DNA of 64,000 nucleotides from Candidatus Latescibacterota bacterium. GTDB taxonomy: Bacteria; Latescibacterota; UBA2968; UBA8231. The translations under genes were made by a program, and so were the position numbers. This document shows positions 17,204 to 26,389 of the stretch, piece by piece; position 1 is the first letter of the stretch; each line of letters opens with the position of its first letter. The notes beneath the pieces were generated by a model. It was not told the origin of the DNA and ran no database searches. It was given only the letters and a program-made list of their open reading frames with translations. The stretch spans positions 544,001-608,000 of the forward strand of contig CBDETK010000013.1 of NCBI GenBank assembly GCA_965242865.1, written 5' to 3'.

Positions 17204-19300
17204 CTAACGGGCCTCGGCCGCTGTCAGCACCATCTGCCCAACCTCGTCGACGCGCACTTGGTACTGAGGATGGACGACCGTGGTTGAATCGATCTCCTCG
17301 ACGATGGCCGGCCCCTGCACCACTGCGTCAGCCCCCAGCGCATAGCGGTCGTACACCGGGCAATCGACGAATCCCTTGCGCTCGGCAAAATACACCGGCC
17401 GGTTTCCCTTGGCCGTTGCTTCCCCGGCGGCCTTCGCCAGCGGCGCCAGCGCAGGTTTGGCAATCTGGCCGATGGCCGCGAGCCGCACACTGACTAACTC
17501 GACGTCCTCTTCCGGTGCGCTGAAACCATAAGCGCGCTCATGCGTGCGGTGGAACTGTGCCAATAGCTGCGCTAGCTCGGCTGGCCCCAAAGCACCAGCC
17601 GCCAACGGCAGCGTCAACTCGTGGCTCTGCCCAACGTAGCGCAGATCCACTTGGCGTCTGAATTCCATGGCCGCTTCCGCCATTCCTTCGCGCCCCAGCG
17701 TCTCCCGCCCCTGCGCCTCCAACGTGCGGAAGGTCTGTTCTAGGGTTTGGGAATCTACTTGGTCTAGCCGCTGGATGAGGGTGGTCGCGTAATCGTGTTT
17801 TAAGTCCGTCACCAACAGGCCCAACGCCGAGGCCGTGCCCGGGCTTTGGAGTATGATCGCCACGGGAATCTCGGTCAGGGCGGCGAGGCGGTTGGCGTGT
17901 GCTGGCCCCGCGCCGCCAAAGGCCACTAGCGCGAAGTCGCGCGGATCATAGCCGCGCTGCACGGAGACCAGTCGCAGCGCGTTGACCATGGCGGTGTTGG
18001 CGATCTCGACGATGCCGTGGGCCGCGGCGACCCAGTCCATGCCCAGTGGCCGGGCGCAGTGTTGTTCGATGGCGCGTTGGGCCGCGACCGGGTCAATGGC
18101 GATTTCGCCGCCGAGAAAATAGCTCGGGTTGAGCCGCCCCAATGCGAGGTTGGCATCGGTGACCGTGGGGTGGGTTCCGCCTCGGCCATAGCAGGCTGGC
18201 CCGGGATCAGCTCCGGCACTTTGAGGGCCGACCCGCAGGATGCCGCCGGGGTCCACCCAAGCGATGGACCCGCCGCCCGCGCCAATTTCCACGAGGTCGA
18301 TCACGGGTGTGCGGATGGGATACCCCGCGCCGCGCGTCGCCCCAAGGCCCGCTTGCGCCGTCGTCCCGACTTCGTAGTCCTTGGTCACGCTCGGCGCGCC
18401 GTCTTGGATCAGCGCGGCTTTGGCCGTCGTCCCGCCCATATCAAAGGAAATCACCTGCTGATACCCCCGCGCCTGCCCCAGGTGCGCGGCTGCAATCACG
18501 CCGGCGGCCGGGCCGGACTCGACCATGTAAACCGGCTTTTGCCGCGCGGCCGCAAAGGTGTACACCCCGCCGCTGCTCTGCATTACGAGTAGCTCGGCGG
18601 CGAGGCCGGCCTGTGCCAGCCGGTCTTCGATGCGCTGCAAGTAGCGCGCGACCACCGGGCGGATGCAGCTGTTGATCACGGTCGTGCTGGCCCGCAAGTA
18701 CTCGCGGAACTCGGGCGCCACTTCGGCCGACAGGGAGACGATGGCCTCGGGAAAGACTTCGGCGAGAATTGCCCCGGCCCGCCGCTCGTGGACGGGATTG
18801 GCGTAGGCGTGTAAAAAGCAGACGGCGATGGCCTCCACGCCCTCCGCTCGCAGTGCGTGCGCTACTTGGCGCAGGGCCTTTTCGTCGAGCGGCGTCAGCA
18901 CGGTGCCGCCGGCATTGAGGCGCTCGGGGACGCCAAAACAGCGGTGGCGCGGCACGAGCGGCCGGGGCTTTTCAAACTGCAAGTCGTAGAGAGTGGGGCG
19001 AATTTGGCGGGCGATCTCCAGCATATCGCGGAAGCCCTCGGTGGTGATAAAGCCCGTTGGCGCGACCTTGCCCTCGATGATGGCGTTGGTGGCGATTGTG
19101 GTGCCGTGAACGATATAGGCCACATCTTTAGCGGCGATCTGCTGCTTGGCGAGCAGCCGCTGCACTGCTTCCATAAACCCGCCGGACGGGTCTTGGGGGG
19201 TCGAAGAGACTTTGTCGGTATAGATGCGCCCGGTCGTTTCGTCGATGAGCGCAATGTCGGTAAAGGTGCCGCCGATATCGACGCCGAGTCTATAGGCCAT
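17204..19300 (-). CDS. Hydantoinase A/5-oxoprolinase family subunit
   Basis: GVDIGGTFTD, HGTTIATNA, ESGPAAG, DMGGTT, GAGGGSIA, GPQSAGADPGPACYG. Confidence 0.95.
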   Translation of the reverse strand: MAYRLGVDIGGTFTDIALIDETTGRIYTDKVSSTPQDPSGGFMEAVQRLLAKQQIAAKDVAYIVHGTTIATNAIIEGKVAPTGFITTEGFRDMLEIARQIRPTLYDLQFEKPRPLVPRHRCFGVPERLNAGGTVLTPLDEKALRQVAHALRAEGVEAIAVCFLHAYANPVHERRAGAILAEVFPEAIVSLSAEVAPEFREYLRASTTVINSCIRPVVARYLQRIEDRLAQAGLAAELLVMQSSGGVYTFAAARQKPVYMVESGPAAGVIAAAHLGQARGYQQVISFDMGGTTAKAALIQDGAPSVTKDYEVGTTAQAGLGATRGAGYPIRTPVIDLVEIGAGGGSIAWVDPGGILRVGPQSAGADPGPACYGRGGTHPTVTDANLALGRLNPSYFLGGEIAIDPVAAQRAIEQHCARPLGMDWVAAAHGIVEIANTAMVNALRLVSVQRGYDPRDFALVAFGGAGPAHANRLAALTEIPVAIILQSPGTASALGLLVTDLKHDYATTLIQRLDQVDSQTLEQTFRTLEAQGRETLGREGMAEAAMEFRRQVDLRYVGQSHELTLPLAAGALGPAELAQLLAQFHRTHERAYGFSAPEEDVELVSVRLAAIGQIAKPALAPLAKAAGEATAKGNRPVYFAERKGFVDCPVYDRYALGADAVVQGPAIVEEIDSTTVVHPQYQVRVDEVGQMVLTAAEAR

Positions 19301-21029
19301 CGCCTGCCAGCTCCCGCCGCCGCGCCGCGGTCGCGGCTCGATCGACTTGCCCGGTGGTGCTGTTGACGACCACGCCATACTCCGCCCGCGCCCGCGCCGC
19401 GCTCACCTTGCCCTCGCGCACATCTTCGGCCACCGCTTGGGGATCGCGGCAATGGGGCGGTCCGTAGCCGCCGCCGCCGCAGGTGCGATAGCTAAAGACC
19501 GTGTCGGCCGCGAGCGCAATCGTCGTTTTAGATCCCAATTCAACGCGCTGTCCTTCGGGATCGAGGATGTACCGCGCCCGGCCCCCAGCGTGCCCCCCCG
19601 CCAGCCCTTCCGGCCCCCAGCGGTCCCGGTCCGATAGGACGGTAAAGGACACTTCGTGATCGATAAATCGGTAGTCTCGCCGCAGCCCCAAGCCGCCGCG
19701 ATACTGCCCGGCACCCTCTGAGTTTTCTATCAGTTCATAGCGGTCAATCCGCAGCGGGTAGTTGATTTCGATTTCCTCAATCGGCGCGTTCTCGGTGTTT
19801 TGGCCGTGGCACTGCACCGCGTCCGGCCCGTCCTTGGTGCTGCGCCCGCCATAGCCGCCCGCCATCGTCTCATAGTAGGAATAAAGCTGCCCGGTGCGCG
19901 GGTCTGTGCCGCCAAACCCCACTTGGCACATCGTCCCCTTGGTCGCGGCCGGTATCGTATCGGGCAGCGCCGGATGCAGTGCCCGGAGCAGGACATCGGT
20001 GAGCCGCACTTGGGTCTCCCAGCCCCCAACCACTGGCGAGGGGGCCGTGCAATTGACGACCGTGCCCTCGGGCGCGACGAGCCGCACCTGCTCGTAAAAC
20101 CCCGCGTTGACCGGCACGTCTTGGTCGATCAGGCACTTGAGGACGTACGCACAGGCCGCATAGGTCTGCGCGTACGTGGAATTGACCGGGGCCCGGCGCT
20201 GTGGGTCGCACCCGGTTAGGTCGAAGAGCACTCCATCGCAGTTGATGACGACGCGGGCTTGCAGCCGCACCGGCTCGTCGGTAAAGCCATCGTTATCGAC
20301 GACGCCAGTGGCCGTGAACTCCCCTTGGGGCAATTTGCCCAACTCGGCTCGGGTGCGCTCCCTAGTGTAGTCGATGAGCCGGTCCATGTAGAAAGACGCT
20401 GGTGCCAACCCGACTTGCTCGACGAGGGTGTTGAGCCGGCGAATCCCCGAGTGGTTGGCCGCTATTTGGGCGCGAAAGTCGCCGCGCGTCTCCCGCTTGG
20501 AGCGGATCTGGGCAATGACCAATTCAAAGACGTCGGCCGCGATTTCTCCACCGCGCACTAACTTTACCGGCGGGATGATGACGCCCTCTTGGTACACCTG
20601 CTGAAAGGCGCCAATGCTGGCGGGCGCGCCGCCGCCCACATCGACGTGATGGGCGAGATTGGCCACATAGCCAAACAGTTCCTCGCCGCAATAGACCGGC
20701 GAAATCAGGGTGATGTCGTTGAGGTGGACTCCGCCGCGATAGGGATCGTTGACGAGGATCGCGTCGCCGGCGTGCAAGCGCTCAGGCCCGTATTCGGCGA
20801 CTGCGCGGGGCGTGAGGATCGTCAGCGAGCCGAGGTGTACGGGCTGGGTAAAGGCTTGGGCGACGGGCCGCAACTGGCGGTCGAAAAAGGCACAGGAGAA
20901 ATCGGCGCGGGTTTTGATGTTGGTGGAATACGCGCTGCGCCGGAGGGCAATGGCCATCTCCTCGGTGGCTTCGAGCAAGGCGTTGCGAATGACCTCGAAT
21001 TGGATGGGGTCGAGCGGGTCGGACAGCAT
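19290..21029 (-). CDS. Hydantoinase B/5-oxoprolinase family subunit
   Basis: DFSCA, PVHLGS, NDPYRGGVHLND, HHVDVGG, GAGQYRGG, GGGGYG. Confidence 0.95.
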   Translation of the reverse strand: MLSDPLDPIQFEVIRNALLEATEEMAIALRRSAYSTNIKTRADFSCAFFDRQLRPVAQAFTQPVHLGSLTILTPRAVAEYGPERLHAGDAILVNDPYRGGVHLNDITLISPVYCGEELFGYVANLAHHVDVGGGAPASIGAFQQVYQEGVIIPPVKLVRGGEIAADVFELVIAQIRSKRETRGDFRAQIAANHSGIRRLNTLVEQVGLAPASFYMDRLIDYTRERTRAELGKLPQGEFTATGVVDNDGFTDEPVRLQARVVINCDGVLFDLTGCDPQRRAPVNSTYAQTYAACAYVLKCLIDQDVPVNAGFYEQVRLVAPEGTVVNCTAPSPVVGGWETQVRLTDVLLRALHPALPDTIPAATKGTMCQVGFGGTDPRTGQLYSYYETMAGGYGGRSTKDGPDAVQCHGQNTENAPIEEIEINYPLRIDRYELIENSEGAGQYRGGLGLRRDYRFIDHEVSFTVLSDRDRWGPEGLAGGHAGGRARYILDPEGQRVELGSKTTIALAADTVFSYRTCGGGGYGPPHCRDPQAVAEDVREGKVSAARARAEYGVVVNSTTGQVDRAATAARRRELAGDGL

Positions 21030-21063
21030 GGCTTCTCGCAGTGTTGGAATGGGTTGATACCTT

Positions 21064-21103
21064 AAAAAAGACGCCGCCTCGTGTTAGAGCAAGGCGGCGT
21101 CTT
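21064..21103 (-). terminator. Rho-independent terminator downstream of the Ldh_2 gene
   Basis: 12-bp inverted repeat AAGACGCCGCCT/AGGCGGCGTCTT ending in a T6 run on the minus strand. Confidence 0.8.
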
Positions 21104-21111
21104 AGAGGCCC

Positions 21112-22188
21112 TCAGCCCAAGTCCAAGTTAAAATCCGCCGGGTTGAGGCCGCTGTCTTCGGCCAGTCCTCGCAGGCTGATCAAGACGTCCTCGGGCAGGA
21201 CGATCCCCTCGGCCAGTGCTTGCTCTCGCTTGTTCCACTCGATCTCGCCCGGTAGGAAGATGGCTCCGCCTTTGGCGGTGGAGGCCCCCTTGATCTCTTG
21301 GCACATAGCGTTCATGCGGGCGTGGAATTCCGCCAGCGGCATCATTGCGCCGACGTCAATGGCCACAAAGGCATGGCCTTGGTTGGAGGGCGCGTCCGTG
21401 TCCGCTACCCAGCTTTGGACGCCGCTCATCATGGCCGCTCCCGTGAGAGTGGCCGTCAGCAATTCCACTAGTACGGCCAATCCGTACCCTTTGTGGCCGG
21501 CCATGGGCAACTGCGCCCCTTTTTCTGGAAACTCGGTGGGGTCGGTCGTTGGGATGCCGTCTTCATCCACCAGCCAAGTGGCTGGAATGCTGCGCCCTTC
21601 GTTTTTGGCGGCGAATATTTTGGTGGCCGCAACCGCGCTCGTGGCAATGTCCAACATGACGGTGCGGTCCGTGCCGGTCGGTGCCGCGTAGGCGATCGGG
21701 TTGGTCCCTAAGACTCGGCTCTTGCCGCCCGGCACGGTCATGCAGGGTTCCACATTGCACATGGAAAGGCCGACCATGTCGCTTTCGGCGATCATGTTGG
21801 CGTAAAACCCGGCCGCCCCGTAGTGGCTGCTGCCGCGGATGCCGATGTAGCACATCCCGCTTTGGCGAGCTTTGGCAATGGCGAGTTCAACGGCGCGGCA
21901 GGAGATGGCGGGCGGCATGCCGTCGCAAGCGTCTATAATGGCCCAAGACGGACCTTGAGCGACGATGTTCTCTTTCGCGGTTGCAACCAGCCGGCCGCGC
22001 CGCGCATTCTGCATCAAGCCGCGGAGTTGCCGGGTGCCGTGCGTAAAGGTGCCCCAAGTGTCGGTGGTGACGAAGACGCGGGCACTCAGTTCGGCGTCTT
22101 CTTGGCTGAGGCCGGCTTTGACCATGGCCGCGACGCAAAAGGCCGTCAGGTCGTCCGGTCGGATGCTTTGGCGGGTAGATTCAGTCAA
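21112..22188 (-). CDS. Ldh_2 family oxidoreductase (malate/L-sulfolactate/ureidoglycolate dehydrogenase-like)
   Basis: THG, SSHYGAAGFY, GTNPIAYAAP, LDIATS, GHKGYGL, LPGE. Confidence 0.92.
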   Translation of the reverse strand: MTESTRQSIRPDDLTAFCVAAMVKAGLSQEDAELSARVFVTTDTWGTFTHGTRQLRGLMQNARRGRLVATAKENIVAQGPSWAIIDACDGMPPAISCRAVELAIAKARQSGMCYIGIRGSSHYGAAGFYANMIAESDMVGLSMCNVEPCMTVPGGKSRVLGTNPIAYAAPTGTDRTVMLDIATSAVAATKIFAAKNEGRSIPATWLVDEDGIPTTDPTEFPEKGAQLPMAGHKGYGLAVLVELLTATLTGAAMMSGVQSWVADTDAPSNQGHAFVAIDVGAMMPLAEFHARMNAMCQEIKGASTAKGGAIFLPGEIEWNKREQALAEGIVLPEDVLISLRGLAEDSGLNPADFNLDLG

Positions 22189-22333
22189 GGGATAGGCTCC
22201 TTTTGGGTGGGTGCGTGGTTTGCGAGTAGGATAAAGAGATTTTTCGCGGCCCGGTCAAGGAGGGGGCACGGAGCAGCGTCCTCGGGGGGCTTGTCCGCAG
22301 CAATAGAATTGGGCATTATTGCGCGGCTTGAGG

Positions 22334-22426
22334 CTCGTGGAGCAGTTGGCGTACGAAGCGTGTTTTAGGAACAAGGCCGGGCGAGATCGCAGTCATCCGA
22401 TTGCGGCCGAGGTGATAAGAGACGCC
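22334..22426 (+). pseudogene. About 93-bp fragment of an AAA-ATPase paralog
   Basis: LVEQLAYEACFRNKAGRDRSHPIAAEVIRDA aligns without gaps to LVNALAYEACFKNKAGRDRSRAISADAIQDA at about 35231-35323. Confidence 0.8.
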
Positions 22427-22714
22427 GAAGGTCTGTTTTTCCTCTTCTACTTTCTGCGTCGGGATACCTGTGAGGACGCCGCCATGCGCTTGTGCTTTTA
22501 TCGTATTCTTTATATCGGCCTCCTCGACAAATTCAATGCTTTTTCCGGGATAAACCCCCTGTAACTGCTCCCTGAACACCTTCTTCACATCCCCCTCTCC
22601 TCTGACCCCGAGAGAGATGTCAACCGTGCCGCCGCCGTTCCCTGAAATGATCGTCGTAAGCGTATAACCCGCTTGGGAGGCAGCGACAATCGCGGCTTGC
22701 CCCCCTCTTGTCAT
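22426..22714 (-). pseudogene. Truncated gene fragment, possibly N-terminal region of a HerA/DUF87-type ATP-binding protein
   Basis: Protein-like lower-GC frame ending GGVLTGIPTQKVEEEKQTF at the junction with the AAA fragment; family assignment from memory only. Confidence 0.4.
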
Positions 22715-22734
22715 TCATCGAGAAACCGCCATCA

Positions 22735-22986
22735 CTACTCGGCATCCAACTCGCGCTGAAATGCCGCCAGATCAGTCACTTGCACTGCCGCACGATGCAA
22801 CTGCTTGAGCCGTTGCAAGTCATCGATGGCTCTGATGTCAGCGGCGAATTGGTTAGCTGCATCAGGGGTAAAGCGAACCTCCAACACTTCTTGGATGCTC
22901 TCTTGGATGCTCTCTTGGATGTTCTCTTGCGTGGTCACTTGTTTAATGTACTGTGCAAACGATGATTCGCGCATAATTGCGTCCAT
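22735..22986 (-). CDS. Putative intragenic small Rpn protein (RpnS-like, 83 aa), intact
   Basis: AGGAGG (plus-strand CCTCCT 22992-22997), 5 nt before in-frame ATG 22986 (MDAIMRESSFAQY...QESIQESIQE). Confidence 0.6.
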   Translation of the reverse strand: MDAIMRESSFAQYIKQVTTQENIQESIQESIQEVLEVRFTPDAANQFAADIRAIDDLQRLKQLHRAAVQVTDLAAFQRELDAE

Positions 22987-23624
22987 AAGACCCTCCTGGG
23001 AAATGATGCTCGTGATCGTGCTTGGCTCGTACACCAACCCACTCAATACCGCCAATCCACCCAAAAAATTAACCTTGGTTGCATGATCCAAAGACACCTC
23101 ATCGGTCCTGAGAATGCACTGACGCAACCATTCCTGTGAAGCCATCCCTACAGGAGGTTTCATCAATGGCGCGAACGGTAGCAAACCTCGATGATCGCCT
23201 TCGATAATGCGTTGTCCGTCTATCTCACTCAGCCGAATCACCTTGTAGCGTACCACTACTTGGAAGTCGGGATGCTCCTGTATGTAAAGCCCTGTATCGC
23301 GCCGCCCCGCATCAGGCCGCAAGTAGATTACGCTGGAATAAACCGGCAGGCCATACTTCTCAATGGCGCGACCGATATAGCTGGATATGCGGTGCTCCAT
23401 CGGGGTGTCCGTGCTATCCGTAGTTTGAAATTCCGTGTGAACCACGACCTCCTTGCCATCAATCCGCACGAGAATCAGGCTATTGGTTTGGCGCGTTTCA
23501 ACCATGGGTTGTTCCGTGTCGAGGATTTCTTGGAACTCGACATCGTCTCGTCCAAGTGTGAAGCGGACGAAGTCATGGGATAGGTTTGAACAAGGCGTTT
23601 GGAAATCGTGTCGTATTCGGCCAT
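22735..23624 (-). pseudogene. Second Rpn family nuclease, frameshifted after codon 16
   Basis: Start MAEYDTISKRLVQTYP at 23624; the next residues HDFVRF lie in another frame (one base missing in the G run at 23577-23579); remainder colinear with Rpn at 16244. Confidence 0.85.
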
Positions 23625-23990
23625 CTAGATGTACCAACCGATCTCGGTATTGTTGCTGGACTTCTCGCAGGAATTAAAAAAAAGTAGGCAAATTGTCCTC
23701 TGCTTGTTCTACAAGGGCCTGCCCAGCTTGGCGGACTTCTGCTACAAACTTCTGCTACACTTTCTTGCTGAATACCGCTCTCTTGCTTGTTGCGTTGTAA
23801 TATAGAGATCCAGCAACGTCGTCCGGTGTGTTGCGAGTTATTCGTAATTCATCATTAACCTCGTATATGATTCGTCAAGACGAAACCGCCTCGGCAATGA
23901 CGGTCAAGCTCGAATTCGGCGTCAAACGCTCAAATTGTACGCGTTGTACGCGTTTTCATACTCAACGGCAAAAGTAGGCGAGCAGGCTCC

Positions 23991-24938
23991 CTACGGCAAA
24001 AACAACTCCACCGCCTCGCTGCGCCACTGCATCTGTTGCGCGGTCGTCTCATGCGGCTTAAAGGCACAAGCGACCTCGGCAATCGGCACCCCTCTCACCT
24101 CGATCCGCTCCAAGTCGGCCACGCCGTAGCCCAAGGTGTCGGCGTAGTGCAAAAGACCCAGCTCCATCGGCTCAAAGCCCATGGCCTTGGCCATGACCGC
24201 ATCCACGGCAAACACATCGGCTGAGGCCGCGGCCACCCCCATCTGCACGACGTCGGTTCCTCCCGGGCCATTGCCCTGCAAACCCACCGTGCCATCGACG
24301 ATCCCGATGTCCGGCTTGAGATACTGGGCCAAGCGGATCAAGTTCACATTGAGCACCTCGGCCTCGCTGGGCAACACGCGCTCGGCATGAGAGGGATAGC
24401 CGTGCATCTTGATGCGATCCTCTTTGTGTAGCGTCCCCATAATCATGTTCTTCTCCGCCAAAGTAACCACGCACACATCGTGAGTCTTGGCCACGGCCAC
24501 CGAGATGGTGCAGGGGCATTCGAGGACCACGCTCGGCATCCGCACGGTCGCCTCAATGCCACCGGCCATGTAAATCGCGGTCTCTTCCCACCACGTCTCC
24601 CGATGGAGATCGACCAAGCGAATCGGCACCGGGTATTCTTCGACTAGGGCGGCGTAGCCGAAGTTGACAAACGCCTCGCCCGAATACTTCTCGTTGCCGC
24701 CTTCGGCAATGACGATCTCCTCGGGTGGCTGCGGCGTACTGAGGAGAAAGTCAATGGTGCCGCGCATGGCGTCGGTGTGCGTTGAGGCGAGGGGGTTTTC
24801 GCTGGACAGGAAGTTCGGCTTGAGCATCACTTGGGCGGCCAGCTTCGGCTCGATGTCCTCGCGCACTAAATCCAGCGCTTGATATACGTTGGCTTGACGC
24901 GCCCCAGCGCGTGCCAAACCCACTCGGATTGTATCCAT
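23991..24938 (-). CDS. DUF362 domain protein
   Basis: VMLKPN, IAEG, KTH..VTLAEKN, IVDG..GLQGNGP, D.FAVD; AAGGAG RBS. Confidence 0.85.
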   Translation of the reverse strand: MDTIRVGLARAGARQANVYQALDLVREDIEPKLAAQVMLKPNFLSSENPLASTHTDAMRGTIDFLLSTPQPPEEIVIAEGGNEKYSGEAFVNFGYAALVEEYPVPIRLVDLHRETWWEETAIYMAGGIEATVRMPSVVLECPCTISVAVAKTHDVCVVTLAEKNMIMGTLHKEDRIKMHGYPSHAERVLPSEAEVLNVNLIRLAQYLKPDIGIVDGTVGLQGNGPGGTDVVQMGVAAASADVFAVDAVMAKAMGFEPMELGLLHYADTLGYGVADLERIEVRGVPIAEVACAFKPHETTAQQMQWRSEAVELFLP

Positions 24939-25029
24939 ACAGCATGTCTCCTTGGTTAGATGATGCCTTGCCCGCGCCCCGGTCCCAATGTATCATTTCT
25001 CGTCCTGCCAATCAATCCAATCTGCGCCT

Positions 25030-26388
25030 ATGCGTCTAACCTTTGCCGACGGCACCCTACTCCTGCGCGACTTTGCCGGCCAAGACGCGCCCCCCGCTTT
25101 TGTCTGGGACGCCCGCGTCGATCTATTCCGCGCCCAAGCACTCCACTACCGAGCCTGTTTGGAACACCTCAAGAAGGCGGGCGTGGCATTCGACAATACC
25201 GTGCCGCGCTACAACAGGCTTTCCTTGACATGGCGAGACGCCCCGCAGCCATACCCCCATCAGCGCGAAAGCATGGACGCTTGGGAGCAGCACGGCCGCC
25301 GCGGCGTCGTAGTGTTGCCCACGGGCGCGGGCAAGTCGCAAGTGGCGCTCATGGCCATCGCGCACGTTCAGCGGAGCACGCTCGTCGTCGCGCCGACCAT
25401 CGACCTGATGAACCAATGGTACGACTTGCTAACCGCTGCGTTTGCCACTGAAGTGGGCCTGCTCGGCGGCGGCTACCACGAACTGGCCGACCTCACCGTG
25501 GCCACGTACGACAGCGCGTACCGGTATCTCGACCGCTACGGCAACCGCTTCGGCTTGGCGGTCTTTGACGAGGTGCATCACTTGCCCGGAGAAATGTACA
25601 GCCACGCCGCTGAAATGTGCATCGCGCCCTATCGGCTGGGGCTGACGGCCACGCCCGAACGCGCCGACGGCCGCCACGCGCTCCTCGACACCCTCGTCGG
25701 GCCGCCCGCGTACGAGCGCGGCATCCGCGCCCTGTCGGGCGAATACCTCGCCGACTACCGAGTCGAACGCCGCCAAGTAAACATGGTCGCCGAGGAGCGC
25801 GTCCAGTACGAGGCCGCCCGCGACGAGTACCGGGCCTTCCTCGCCGACAAAAACATCCGCCTCGGCACCAAAGACGGCTGGCGGCACTTCGTCATGCTCT
25901 CGGCGCAGAGCACCAGCGGCCGCCGGGCCATGCAGGCGTATCGCCGCCACCGCCAAATCGCCTTGGGCACCACCGTCAAGCTCCGCGTGCTCGAAGACAT
26001 CCTCAAGGCCCACCCGCGCGACCGCGTCCTCGTGTTTACCAACGACAACGAGACCGTGTACCAAATCGCCTCTACCTTCCTCGTCCCGGCCATCACCCAC
26101 CGCACCCGCACCAAGGAGCGCAAGGCCATTCTGCAAGCCTTTAACCAAGGCGACTATCTGTGCTTGGTGACCTCCAAGGTGCTCAACGAGGGGGTCAATA
26201 TCCCAGAGGCCAACGTCGCGGTGGTGCTGTCTGGCTCCGGGACCATCCGCGAACACGTCCAACGGCTCGGCCGCATCCTGCGCCGTCGCCAAGGCAAGGA
26301 GGCCGTGCTCTACGAAGTGGTGTCCAAAGACACGGTCGAAGACCACATCAGCGACCGCCGCCGCCGCCACGAAGCCTACAAAGCGTGA
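25030..26388 (+). CDS. XPB/Rad25-like superfamily 2 DEAH helicase
   Basis: LPTGAGKS, FDEVHH, GLTATPER, VLNEGVNIP, QRLGRILR. Confidence 0.92.
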   Translation: MRLTFADGTLLLRDFAGQDAPPAFVWDARVDLFRAQALHYRACLEHLKKAGVAFDNTVPRYNRLSLTWRDAPQPYPHQRESMDAWEQHGRRGVVVLPTGAGKSQVALMAIAHVQRSTLVVAPTIDLMNQWYDLLTAAFATEVGLLGGGYHELADLTVATYDSAYRYLDRYGNRFGLAVFDEVHHLPGEMYSHAAEMCIAPYRLGLTATPERADGRHALLDTLVGPPAYERGIRALSGEYLADYRVERRQVNMVAEERVQYEAARDEYRAFLADKNIRLGTKDGWRHFVMLSAQSTSGRRAMQAYRRHRQIALGTTVKLRVLEDILKAHPRDRVLVFTNDNETVYQIASTFLVPAITHRTRTKERKAILQAFNQGDYLCLVTSKVLNEGVNIPEANVAVVLSGSGTIREHVQRLGRILRRRQGKEAVLYEVVSKDTVEDHISDRRRRHEAYKA

Positions 26389-26389
26389 G

